64,000 bases of DNA, taken from NCBI GenBank assembly GCA_947442475.1, contig CANEVP010000002.1:14380-78379 (forward strand). The letters are read 5' to 3'. The position numbers and the translations under genes were made by a program. The DNA comes from Rickettsiales bacterium (GTDB taxonomy: Bacteria; Pseudomonadota; Alphaproteobacteria; Rickettsiales; UBA1997). Numbering within the stretch: the stretch's first letter is position 1; each line of letters starts with the position of its first letter. Positions 45,534 to 53,996 of the stretch are shown in pieces. Below the pieces are notes generated by a model. That model ran no database searches and had not been told where the DNA came from. It worked only from the letters and a program-made list of their open reading frames with translations.

Positions 45534-46142
45534 ATGAATCAAAAAATCATTCCGTTTCCCAAGAAAAAATCTCAAAAAAATTTCAAAATGTTATTTTTAG
45601 TAATTGCGGTTGGTGCCATTGTGGGCATGATTTCGTGGCAATATTTTGTCGAAAATGTTGCGAAAGTGGATGTGAAAATTCCTGAGTCGAAAAATATCGC
45701 CTTTAATTCACAGCTGCCAATTTCAATGACGACAGCGCAAGTTGCTAACGAATTTGAAAAAGCCGACGGCAAACCAATTTTGCTCTATGTTTACACAACT
45801 TGGTGCAAAGTTTGTGTGAAAAATTTTCCGGTGATTAATGAAATTGCCCGCGAATTTCAAAACACTGATCTACGGGTAATTTCATTGGCAATTGACCGCA
45901 AACTTGAGGCCGAAGCTCTGCAAGCTTATCTTGATAAATATGGCGAATTTTATTTTGAACCGCGCTTTTTGGCTTTCAAAGAAGGCTTCATTGAATTTTT
46001 GCAAAAGAAAAATATTCGCTACGACAATCGCATTCCTTTTACGGTTTTGATTTCGAAAGATGGCGAAGTGATTACAAAATATTCGGGCGCAAAGAATAAA
46101 AATTATCTGCGAAATAAAATTATCAAAGAGCTTTACCTGTAA
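45534..46142 (+). CDS. thioredoxin-fold thiol:disulfide oxidoreductase (TlpA/ResA-like), membrane anchored
   Basis: N-terminal TM, then LLYVYTTWCKVCVKNFP (a CxxC active site in thioredoxin context). Start moved to the ATG at 45534. Confidence 0.7.
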   Translation: MNQKIIPFPKKKSQKNFKMLFLVIAVGAIVGMISWQYFVENVAKVDVKIPESKNIAFNSQLPISMTTAQVANEFEKADGKPILLYVYTTWCKVCVKNFPVINEIAREFQNTDLRVISLAIDRKLEAEALQAYLDKYGEFYFEPRFLAFKEGFIEFLQKKNIRYDNRIPFTVLISKDGEVITKYSGAKNKNYLRNKIIKELYL

Positions 46143-46145
46143 CTT

Positions 46146-47513
46146 ATGACTCTCCAAATCAAACTCTTCAACACGCTAACTCGCAAAGAAGAAGCGCTTA
46201 AGTTGATCGATCCGAATCACTTAAAAATGTATGTTTGCGGGCCCACGGTTTATGATCGACCGCACCTAGGCAATGCGCGTTCGGTGGTGGTTTACGATTT
46301 ATTTTTTCGTTTGTTTTCCCAAGTCTTTCCTCAAGTTACCTACGTTCGTAACATCACCGATGTTGACGACAAAATTAACGCCGCCGCCAAAGAACAAAAA
46401 ATTTCAATCCAAGAGCTAACCGCCAAAATCACTGATTTTTTCTACGCTGACATTGACGCGCTAAACGTTTTGCGCCCAACTCACGAGCCGCGCGCCACCA
46501 CTCACATTGCTGAGATGATTGTGATGATTGAGCAGTTAATTAAAAATAAAAATGCTTACGTCTCAGAAGGCCACGTTTTGTTTGATGTCGAATCTTACAA
46601 AAATTACGGCGAGCTTTCTAATCGTCATTTGGACCAAATGATCGCCGGCTCACGCGTTGAAATTGCCACTTACAAAAGAAACCCTCTCGATTTCGTTTTG
46701 TGGAAACCAGCTGACGCTAAAGACGATGTTTCTAGCGTTTTTGCAAGCCCGTGGGGCAAAGGTCGCCCCGGCTGGCACATTGAATGTTCAGCGATGAGTT
46801 CAAAATATTTGGGCGCTGATTTTGACATTCACGGCGGCGGCGCCGATTTGCAATTTCCGCATCACGAAAACGAAATTGCCCAAAGTCGCTGCGCTAACCC
46901 CAACTCGCATTACGCCCATTTTTGGATCCATAACGGGTTTTTAACTGTGGATGGCGAAAAGATGAGCAAGTCGCTGAAAAATTTTATCACGGTGCGCGAT
47001 CTTTTAGATAAAGGCGTTTTGGGTGTGGCGATTCGCTACCTTTTGCTTTCAACTCATTATCGCAAGCCGTTTGATTTTAATCAGAAAGCTTTGGACGACG
47101 CGCAAAAATCTTTGGAAAAATTTTATTCAGTTATTGAAGCTGGCACCTCAACCAAGGGTAAATTGTCTGAAAAAATTTTAGCAGATTTAGCTGATGATTT
47201 AAACATTTCAAAAGTGATTGCCACGCTTCACGAAATGGCAAAAGAAATTAAAGCAACAAATGATGAAAATTTAAAAAATGAATTTGCCGCAACCCTTGAT
47301 TTTCTAGGCCTAATCGATGAAGGGTTTTTTAAAGGGCAAGAGGTTGTAAGCGATGTAGATCTTACTGAAATTAATGAACAAATTGCTCTGCGCCTAAAAG
47401 CAAAACAGGATAAAAATTTTCAACTAGCCGATGAGATCAGGCAAAATATGCTTGCAAAAGGAATTCTTCTGGAAGATGTTGTAAAAAATGAGACAATTTG
47501 GAAGAGGGTTTGA
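46146..47513 (+). CDS. cysS: cysteine--tRNA ligase
   Basis: MYVCGPTVYDRPHLGNARS (HIGH), GRPGWHIECSAMS, KMSKSLKN. Confidence 0.95.
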   Translation: MTLQIKLFNTLTRKEEALKLIDPNHLKMYVCGPTVYDRPHLGNARSVVVYDLFFRLFSQVFPQVTYVRNITDVDDKINAAAKEQKISIQELTAKITDFFYADIDALNVLRPTHEPRATTHIAEMIVMIEQLIKNKNAYVSEGHVLFDVESYKNYGELSNRHLDQMIAGSRVEIATYKRNPLDFVLWKPADAKDDVSSVFASPWGKGRPGWHIECSAMSSKYLGADFDIHGGGADLQFPHHENEIAQSRCANPNSHYAHFWIHNGFLTVDGEKMSKSLKNFITVRDLLDKGVLGVAIRYLLLSTHYRKPFDFNQKALDDAQKSLEKFYSVIEAGTSTKGKLSEKILADLADDLNISKVIATLHEMAKEIKATNDENLKNEFAATLDFLGLIDEGFFKGQEVVSDVDLTEINEQIALRLKAKQDKNFQLADEIRQNMLAKGILLEDVVKNETIWKRV

Positions 47514-47554
47514 GATTAGAAACTTTTTATTAACCAACAAAAATTTAAAATAAA

Positions 47555-50500
47555 ATGAGATCAAATCAGATTGTGACAAAAGATCATGTCACAGCTATTC
47601 AAGCAATTCAGGCGTGTATAGATAATATGGCTGCATCTAATCCAGGTCTTGCTGTGTTGCGGCAAGTTTTAGAACAACAAAACTCGATGGCGTTTGTTAA
47701 ATATGGAGAGGAAGAAAATCCGTATCTTGGAGTTGAGTATAAATATACCAGTGTAAAAAATAATGCTAAATATACCTATTTTGTTGGGGTAAAAGGCGAC
47801 CAGTTTTGTGTAGGTACTGTTGATAAAAGCGAGGTTAAAGAAATAACTGATACAGGAAAAGCTATAGAAAGATTTAATAAAAAATTTCCGTCTTTGGAAG
47901 CTAGAACAGCCTTGGTGAAGGAGGTTGTTTATGGTACACTTCAAGCGGTAGTTAATACAGTTCCTACGATTGTTAGACCTAAAGACGCCATTGTTTTCCC
48001 TGAGGACAACTCACTGGTGTCGAACGTTGCAGATGATAATACTTTAACAGTTGTAACTGTAGACGAGGTGGGTAAACCGATTGTTCCACAAGAAAAAAAG
48101 GGTAAAAAGATTGCTCCAGAAGAAAAAAATGGTAAACAGACTGCTGAAGTTAAAATATCAGGTGAGATAGCGGGTAAATCTGGGGGCGCCAATATTCTAA
48201 ATGAGGGTGATGGAAATGGAGGTAGCAATTCAAGTTCCATTAATTCAGATCTAACTAGTGGTGATGGAAATGGAAGCGATTCAGATTCCATTAATTCATA
48301 TAAATCTAGTAAACATGATCCGTTAATAGAATTGTCGGAAGATGAAAAATTAAACAATCATGCTGGCGGAGATTCTCAAGTTCATGCCAACATGATTAAT
48401 AAGGTAGCGTCGAGTTTTATGTATAGCGTCTATGATGTTGCTTCAAAAGCTGCTTCAAAAAAAATTGAAGCTTTAATAGGTAATCCTCTAGAGATAGTGG
48501 ATACATCTGTGGATCAGAATTATCCAGATCCTGCTGTGTTGGAGCATAGAGATGATAGTTCTGTTATGGTTAACAGAATAGGACCGGTGCTGGTGGACTC
48601 GTCGGATGGGGCGGATAGTATCTCGCTTTTATCTACCGAAGCACTTTTGCAGCGTCGAATTAAGTCTCTTCTAGAAGGAATTGATGAACGTTTAGGTGGA
48701 AATGACGCTGTTGCTATTGGCAATATTACCTTCACCAGAAACATAACGGATGATGATGATACTGTTGAATGTAAGATTGATAATAGTGCCTACCTAATAA
48801 ACGAGGAAGGAGTTTATTTAGCGACCAAAAGTGGAGCTAGAGATATCGAAACTAATTTGGCTGAGACAGTTTGTGGTGAAATTGAGGCGCAGTTGTCTCG
48901 AAAGTTGGTAGAAGAGGATGATTTTTCTGTGGATGACCAGAATCCTAAACCTATGTCGGGAAAAATTAATCTTCATCGGAATATTAGGTTTGGGGAAGAT
49001 GAGGGGAAAAAAGTCCACCAAGCTCCTTATCAAAGATCAGATTCAACAATCAAAACTGCCAATCCACTTGCAGATGATTTAAAATTTAAAGTTTTTACTA
49101 CTTCTCAAAACGCAAAAATACAAAAGCTGTTAAGCGATATGAGGGAAGAGATCAAAAGTAAGTATACTCATAATATAAATGGTGCAGTAACCCCAGCTTT
49201 CGAAGAAGTTCTTGAGTGTTTCTCAAGACGCGAGCCAAACACTGGCCTTCCAGGTGGAATTAATTTTATTGAGCAAGGTGATTATAGGGCTTTCCATTAT
49301 CAAGATAATGATAATCGAAATATTGTTGTTGGGTTAAAAAAGCATGATCCTATTGCGATGGCATTTTTTGGTGAAGCGCAACTGGATGCTAGTAGGCAAA
49401 TTACAGGAGTTGTTGAGGGGAAGGATATTACTGCTGACGGGGTAGAGGAAGTCCTTGATAGAGGTCACAAGATAAAGCTAAAGGAGGGTGAAAAGTTCTT
49501 TCTTAAAACGAATGGGGACCATCTTGAAAGTCTTTCTGCAGTAATTGAAGAACCATTCCACAGAATTGCAGAAGTTGATAACCTAACATTAAAAGCTGTA
49601 GTTTCAGATTTGAGGGTCTCAGGTTTAAAACTTGATTTGGGTGGTGGATTGAAGCTCGATCATGTAGCTCAAACTGATGCTAATGACGCAAAAGTAGCCG
49701 CTGTTACAAAACAAAAAGTAGCCGTTGTTACAAAACAAAGCGGAGCAGAGTATTTCATAGTTGTCGAAAAAGAGTTGGCTCGAGTTGAAGTGCCTAAAAT
49801 AGTTACATTAAATGCGGGAAACACTAAGTCAGTCTCATCTGATGTAGCTAAGGATGTTGAAAATAGATGCAGGGCATTTCTGAAGAAGAAAAGAACACTT
49901 GAATGGATGAGTGAGGTAGCACAAGGTGATCATCATCTAGATTTCACGAGTAGTAAAGGCGCTGATACTTCTGACGAGGAGATAGAACAAATAGCCTGCA
50001 ATCAAGCTGTGTATGATGCTTTTAAAGAAAGTCTTAGCACTATGGGTGATAAAGCCACCATTAATGAAGCTCTAGTGGTATCTGTTGATGGGGAGAAAGG
50101 AGGCTTTAATTATTTGCAAGGTTATATAGAAAAACACTTCGGTATTAATGAGTACGGTCTTCTGGTATTTTCAACAGTGCAGGATGGAAATCAGGAGTCA
50201 GTCCAACCAAAAGATTTGAAAAAGAGAGATATCGACACACTAATTGGGTTAATGGGTTTTGATAAAAGTAAATTTGATCAAAAATTTAATGAGACGTATA
50301 AAGATAAGTTTAGCAAGCTTTGTAATGATAGAGATGAGGCATTAGAAAGGAAACGGCAGCAGCCTAGGTCAGGACGAAAAGGGTATGTGCCAGTAGGAGA
50401 CTTACATAACCAGTGGGGCGTTCATCCATCATCATCACCAAGTCAGCCAGAAGCTTATCATTTTATAGGTGAGTTGATTAAGGTGTCATCCTATAAAGAA

Positions 50501-51046
50501 CAAAAGCGAGTAGATGTCCAACAAAGAGGTTCTCAACTTATTGCATCTATTGTTGATGACAATCAGAAAGCAGAAACTGTCAGGAATAATATAGTGGCGA
50601 ATGCTATTGTAGTTGCTGCTGCTAAAAATGGTTTAACCCCAGCGCAAGCCATTAAAATAATTGAGTTTTCGATAGAGCAGCGTGGATTTTCGAATATGAG
50701 GGAAGATCGGAATAGAATTAATTTAGCCAACCAATTCGCTAAAGATATTAATCTAATTCCAATGCAATATGTAGATGATCCAGGTTTTCGCGCTATGGCA
50801 AAGTTCTCGGCAGATTTCCAAAAAGAAACCACCAAAGCTGGCTTAAAAAGAGAGGATAGTAGATTCGAAGAAGGAAAAAGAGATGGTCTTAATTCGTCTG
50901 ATATTCCTCTTGAGGTTATTAAAATGATAAAGACATTAAAAATAGATCAGAATAATCCAATCCAATCGGTTCTTGTCAAACAATCAGCGCAGGCGATTGA
51001 AAATGCTGCTAGTAAATCGAATCAATCGAGTAATTTAGTACGATAG
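47555..51046 (+). CDS. large hypothetical protein (1163 aa) with no recognisable domain and three in-frame tandem-repeat blocks
   Basis: Uninterrupted ORF with an ATG start, 41 nt after cysS, followed by a strong terminator. I see no signal peptide, TM segment or catalytic motif. Repeats: GKPIVPQEKK/GKKIAPEEKN/GKQTAEVKIS, GDGNGGSNSSSINS/GDGNGSDSDSINS, KVAAVTKQ/KVAVVTKQ. Confidence 0.8.
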   Translation: MRSNQIVTKDHVTAIQAIQACIDNMAASNPGLAVLRQVLEQQNSMAFVKYGEEENPYLGVEYKYTSVKNNAKYTYFVGVKGDQFCVGTVDKSEVKEITDTGKAIERFNKKFPSLEARTALVKEVVYGTLQAVVNTVPTIVRPKDAIVFPEDNSLVSNVADDNTLTVVTVDEVGKPIVPQEKKGKKIAPEEKNGKQTAEVKISGEIAGKSGGANILNEGDGNGGSNSSSINSDLTSGDGNGSDSDSINSYKSSKHDPLIELSEDEKLNNHAGGDSQVHANMINKVASSFMYSVYDVASKAASKKIEALIGNPLEIVDTSVDQNYPDPAVLEHRDDSSVMVNRIGPVLVDSSDGADSISLLSTEALLQRRIKSLLEGIDERLGGNDAVAIGNITFTRNITDDDDTVECKIDNSAYLINEEGVYLATKSGARDIETNLAETVCGEIEAQLSRKLVEEDDFSVDDQNPKPMSGKINLHRNIRFGEDEGKKVHQAPYQRSDSTIKTANPLADDLKFKVFTTSQNAKIQKLLSDMREEIKSKYTHNINGAVTPAFEEVLECFSRREPNTGLPGGINFIEQGDYRAFHYQDNDNRNIVVGLKKHDPIAMAFFGEAQLDASRQITGVVEGKDITADGVEEVLDRGHKIKLKEGEKFFLKTNGDHLESLSAVIEEPFHRIAEVDNLTLKAVVSDLRVSGLKLDLGGGLKLDHVAQTDANDAKVAAVTKQKVAVVTKQSGAEYFIVVEKELARVEVPKIVTLNAGNTKSVSSDVAKDVENRCRAFLKKKRTLEWMSEVAQGDHHLDFTSSKGADTSDEEIEQIACNQAVYDAFKESLSTMGDKATINEALVVSVDGEKGGFNYLQGYIEKHFGINEYGLLVFSTVQDGNQESVQPKDLKKRDIDTLIGLMGFDKSKFDQKFNETYKDKFSKLCNDRDEALERKRQQPRSGRKGYVPVGDLHNQWGVHPSSSPSQPEAYHFIGELIKVSSYKEQKRVDVQQRGSQLIASIVDDNQKAETVRNNIVANAIVVAAAKNGLTPAQAIKIIEFSIEQRGFSNMREDRNRINLANQFAKDINLIPMQYVDDPGFRAMAKFSADFQKETTKAGLKREDSRFEEGKRDGLNSSDIPLEVIKMIKTLKIDQNNPIQSVLVKQSAQAIENAASKSNQSSNLVR
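48071..48297 (+). repeat. in-frame tandem repeats inside the 1163-aa ORF (30-nt units, then 39-42-nt units)
   Basis: ggtaaaccgattgttccacaagaaaaaaag / ggtaaaaagattgctccagaagaaaaaaat / a degenerate third unit (48071-48150). ggtgatggaaatgga...tccattaattca occurs twice (48206-48247 and 48259-48297). Confidence 0.8.
49691..49738 (+). repeat. in-frame 24-nt tandem duplication inside the 1163-aa ORF
   Basis: aaagtagccgctgttacaaaacaa / aaagtagccgttgttacaaaacaa, with a single mismatch. Confidence 0.85.
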
Positions 51047-51060
51047 CTTCATTTTCCACA

Positions 51061-51110
51061 AAAAACCACGCCAACTCAGATTTTTATCTGAAAGTGGCGT
51101 GGTTTTTTTT
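51061..51110. terminator. bidirectional terminator between the 1163-aa ORF and the cox11-like gene
   Basis: aaaaaaccacgccaact ... agtggcgtggtttttttt: stem of about 12 bp with one bulge, flanked by an A-run and a T-run. Confidence 0.75.
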
Positions 51111-51112
51111 AG

Positions 51113-51625
51113 TTATTTAATGTGGTAAGAAATTTTAACAGCGCTGTTATTTAAGCCGCCAGTCAAATCTTCAAAGGTGGCGTCAAGTACCATCTGAGGA
51201 TCAACAAAAAATTCCATTCGCAATTTGACGCTTTGCCCAGCGGCGAGAGAATATTCGTGGGAGCATAAGCAGTTAATGCGCTTAATATATTTTTCAAAAA
51301 TTTCAGGTTCGACCTTTAAAGAAGGGCGAAAAACAATTTTCTGTTTGGAAATATTTTTGGCAAAAAATTCTACAGTATTTACTCGGTTAACAACGCTAGA
51401 AATGCGTGTATCTAAAGCATCAAACTGAAGATCTGAATTATTATTCATCACCTCAAAATCGATGCTAAATGATTCTCCCCCCTCAGATCGCGGCCAGTAT
51501 TTTGAAAAATAAATCGGATGGCATTTGTAGCTAAACAAACAGAAGCGATTGAACAATTGTGCCGTAATAAAAATTAGCACAAAAGCAATGGTGCAGCGGA
51601 CAATAAAGCGAGTTAGTGGATGCAT
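51113..51625 (-). CDS. cytochrome c oxidase assembly protein Cox11/CtaG-like (divergent)
   Basis: N-terminal TM, then LKVEPEIFEKYIKRINCLCSHEYSLAAGQSVKLRMEFFVDP. This aligns with the Cox11 block V.P......YF.KI.CFCF.EQ.L..GE...MPV.F.VDP, with CLCS in place of CFCF. Confidence 0.6.
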   Translation of the reverse strand: MHPLTRFIVRCTIAFVLIFITAQLFNRFCLFSYKCHPIYFSKYWPRSEGGESFSIDFEVMNNNSDLQFDALDTRISSVVNRVNTVEFFAKNISKQKIVFRPSLKVEPEIFEKYIKRINCLCSHEYSLAAGQSVKLRMEFFVDPQMVLDATFEDLTGGLNNSAVKISYHIK

Positions 51626-51704
51626 GATTTAAAGATTGGAAATTAGTTTTTTTAAGAAATTTTCTACTGCCCTTATTTTCAATTTTTTCCAATCAAAATC
51701 GCAA

Positions 51705-52298
51705 ATGAAAAAAATTCCTCTTTCGCAACCATTTCAGAAATTTTCTGAGTGGTTTGATTTGGCATGCGCCAAAAAAGAAATCTTCGAGCCAACAGCCATG
51801 TGTCTTGCAACTGTTGATGAAAAAAACTCTCCTTCGTCACGAATGGTTTTGTTAAAAAAATTTGACGAGAGAGGTTTTTGTTTTTTTACCAATTTGACTA
51901 GCCGCAAAGGTGGCGAGCTAGAAAAAAATAAAAATGTCGCGCTTTGTTTTTATTGGGGAATTTTAGGTAAACAAATTCGCATTGAAGGCGGGGTAGAAGC
52001 GGTGACAGAGCAAGAAGCCAATGATTATTTTGCCTCAAGAAGACGCGACAGTCAAATTGGCGCTTGGGCTTCAAAGCAGTCACAAGAAATGCAAAATTGG
52101 CAAGAATTTGAAGAAAGAATCACCAAATTTAACGGCGAATTCGAAGGCAAAGAAGTGTCGCGACCACCATTTTGGTCGGGCTTTAGAGTGGTTCCAAAAA
52201 CAATAGAATTTTGGCAAGAGGGCGAATTTAGAATTCACCAAAGAGAAGTTTATGAAAGATTTGAAGACGGTTGGAGAGTCAAAAAAATCTACCCGTAA
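51705..52298 (+). CDS. pdxH: pyridoxamine 5'-phosphate oxidase
   Basis: MCLATVDEKNSPSSRMVLLK, FFTNLTSRKG, RIEG, IEFWQEGEFRIHQR. Start moved from the TTG at 51636 to the ATG at 51705. Confidence 0.85.
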   Translation: MKKIPLSQPFQKFSEWFDLACAKKEIFEPTAMCLATVDEKNSPSSRMVLLKKFDERGFCFFTNLTSRKGGELEKNKNVALCFYWGILGKQIRIEGGVEAVTEQEANDYFASRRRDSQIGAWASKQSQEMQNWQEFEERITKFNGEFEGKEVSRPPFWSGFRVVPKTIEFWQEGEFRIHQREVYERFEDGWRVKKIYP

Positions 52299-52300
52299 AA

Positions 52301-52402
52301 ACTCAATGTCATAAAAATTCAATGTAACCCTGAGCCGAAGGGTGATTTTGGGTACCAAGGTGCCACGAATCAACCTTCGACAGGCTCAGGGTGACATTGA
52401 GT
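52301..52402. repeat. palindromic element, copy B (left arm degenerate)
   Basis: The right arm gaatcaaccttcgacaggctcagggtgacattgagt (52367-52402) is 35/36 identical to the copy C arm. The left arm carries a partial duplication (actcaatgtca...ttcaatgta) and a 4-nt deletion. The element starts 3 nt after the pdxH stop. Confidence 0.8.
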
Positions 52403-52454
52403 TTTTGTTTTCTGATAAAAAAATTTTATTTAAAAAAACCAAACCAATCAAAAA

Positions 52455-52766
52455 ATGCTCGAATCAACTTTCTTAAAATCCTGCGAAACTGTCTTAACTG
52501 CGCTTTCTGAAGCAGTCGAAAATCGTGATAAAAATTCCAAACTGGATGTTGAATATTCCGATGGAATTTTAACAATAATCATCGAAGCAACCTCGCAAAC
52601 CTACATTATCAACCGTCACGCGGCCTCACAAAAAATTTGGTATTCATCACCTTTTTCTGGTGCCAACTATTTTTCTTTTGACGAAGCGTCGCAAAACTGG
52701 CTTGATTCTAAGGGCGAGAAGCTTGAGGAAAAGCTTTTCGGCGAGCTGCAAAAAATTCTAAACTAA
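52455..52766 (+). CDS. cyaY: iron-sulfur cluster assembly protein CyaY (frataxin-like)
   Basis: 103 aa. [14 protein letters not shown]....[24 protein letters not shown] fits the frataxin/CyaY pattern. Confidence 0.75.
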   Translation: MLESTFLKSCETVLTALSEAVENRDKNSKLDVEYSDGILTIIIEATSQTYIINRHAASQKIWYSSPFSGANYFSFDEASQNWLDSKGEKLEEKLFGELQKILN

Positions 52767-52779
52767 AAATCTAATCAAA

Positions 52780-53886
52780 ATGACTAAAAAAATTCTCTTA
52801 ATCGACGGTGATGGCATTGGGCCGGAAGTAGTTGAACAAGCTAAAAAAGTTCTCGAATTTTTTTCTAAAAATACCGACAAAAAATTTGAAACCGAAAATG
52901 CACTTTTGGGCGGCATCGCTTACGACCAAGTCGGCACGCCTTTTCCGCAAGAAACTGTAAAACTAGCGCGCGAATCTGACGCGATTTTGCTTGGCGCGGT
53001 TGGTGGTTTGAAGTGGGAATCTCTTGATTACAAACATCGTCCAGAACGCGGATTGCTTGGAATTCGCAAAGAGTTGGAATTGTTTGCCAATTTACGTCCG
53101 GCAAAAGTTTTTAACGCGCTGGCCGATAGCTCAACTTTGAAACGCGAAATCGTTGAAAATCTAGACATCATGATTGTTCGCGAACTTACGGGCGACCTTT
53201 ATTTCGGCGAACCGCGTGGCGTTACAACTTTGGCAGATGGCTCCAGACAAGGTGTCAACACCATGACTTACAATTCGAAAGAAGTTGAAAGAATTGCTCG
53301 CGTGTCATTTGACTTGGCAAAAATCCGGGGCAAAAAACTTTGCTCAATCGACAAAGCAAATGTCATTGAAACCACTGAAATGTGGCGCGAAGTGGTGACG
53401 CAAATGGGCCAAAAAGAATATCCAGAAATTGCTCTTTCTCACATGTATGTTGATAATGCTTCGATGCAGTTGGTGCGTAACCCAAAGCAATTTGATGTGA
53501 TTCTTACTGGCAACATGTTTGGCGATATTTTGTCAGACACGGCGTCAATGTTAACCGGATCTCTTGGCATGTTGCCTTCAGCTTCACTTGGAGCAAAACA
53601 AGTAAATGGCAAACAGTTTGCACTTTACGAGCCAATCCATGGATCAGCGCCAGATATCGCTGGAAAGAACATTGCAAACCCAATCGCCACTATTCTTAGT
53701 TTGGCAATGATGTTTAGATATTCTTTTGGATTCGCCAAAGAAGCTGATTTGCTCGAAGCCTCGGTTGAAAATGTTTTGAATCGCGGCGTTAGAACGGCGG
53801 ATATTGCAAATGTCGGTGAAGCGAAAATTTCTTGCACCGAAATGGGTGATAAAATCATTGAAGAGTTGAGAAAGCTGACTGCATGA
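52780..53886 (+). CDS. leuB: 3-isopropylmalate dehydrogenase
   Basis: [74 protein letters not shown]. Confidence 0.9.
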   Translation: MTKKILLIDGDGIGPEVVEQAKKVLEFFSKNTDKKFETENALLGGIAYDQVGTPFPQETVKLARESDAILLGAVGGLKWESLDYKHRPERGLLGIRKELELFANLRPAKVFNALADSSTLKREIVENLDIMIVRELTGDLYFGEPRGVTTLADGSRQGVNTMTYNSKEVERIARVSFDLAKIRGKKLCSIDKANVIETTEMWREVVTQMGQKEYPEIALSHMYVDNASMQLVRNPKQFDVILTGNMFGDILSDTASMLTGSLGMLPSASLGAKQVNGKQFALYEPIHGSAPDIAGKNIANPIATILSLAMMFRYSFGFAKEADLLEASVENVLNRGVRTADIANVGEAKISCTEMGDKIIEELRKLTA

Positions 53887-53905
53887 TAATTACTGTTACA
53901 AACAT

Positions 53906-53993
53906 ACTCAATGTCACCCTGAGCCTGTCGAAGGGTGATTCGAGTCTTAGTGCCCAAGAATCACCCTTCGACAGGCTCAGGGTGACATTGAGT
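53906..53993. repeat. palindromic element, copy C (perfect 36-bp inverted repeat)
   Basis: actcaatgtcaccctgagcctgtcgaagggtgattc (53906-53941) is the exact reverse complement of 53958-53993, with a 16-nt spacer gagtcttagtgcccaa. It lies between the leuB stop and the next gene's ATG. Confidence 0.9.
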
Positions 53994-53996
53994 TCG

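Noticed and set aside
52080-52373. 97-aa minus-strand ORF spanning the pdxH 3' end and palindromic element copy B
   Set aside because: It begins inside the repeat and is otherwise antisense to pdxH, so it is spurious. The same applies to 53625..53957 and 53855..54097, which translate copy C.
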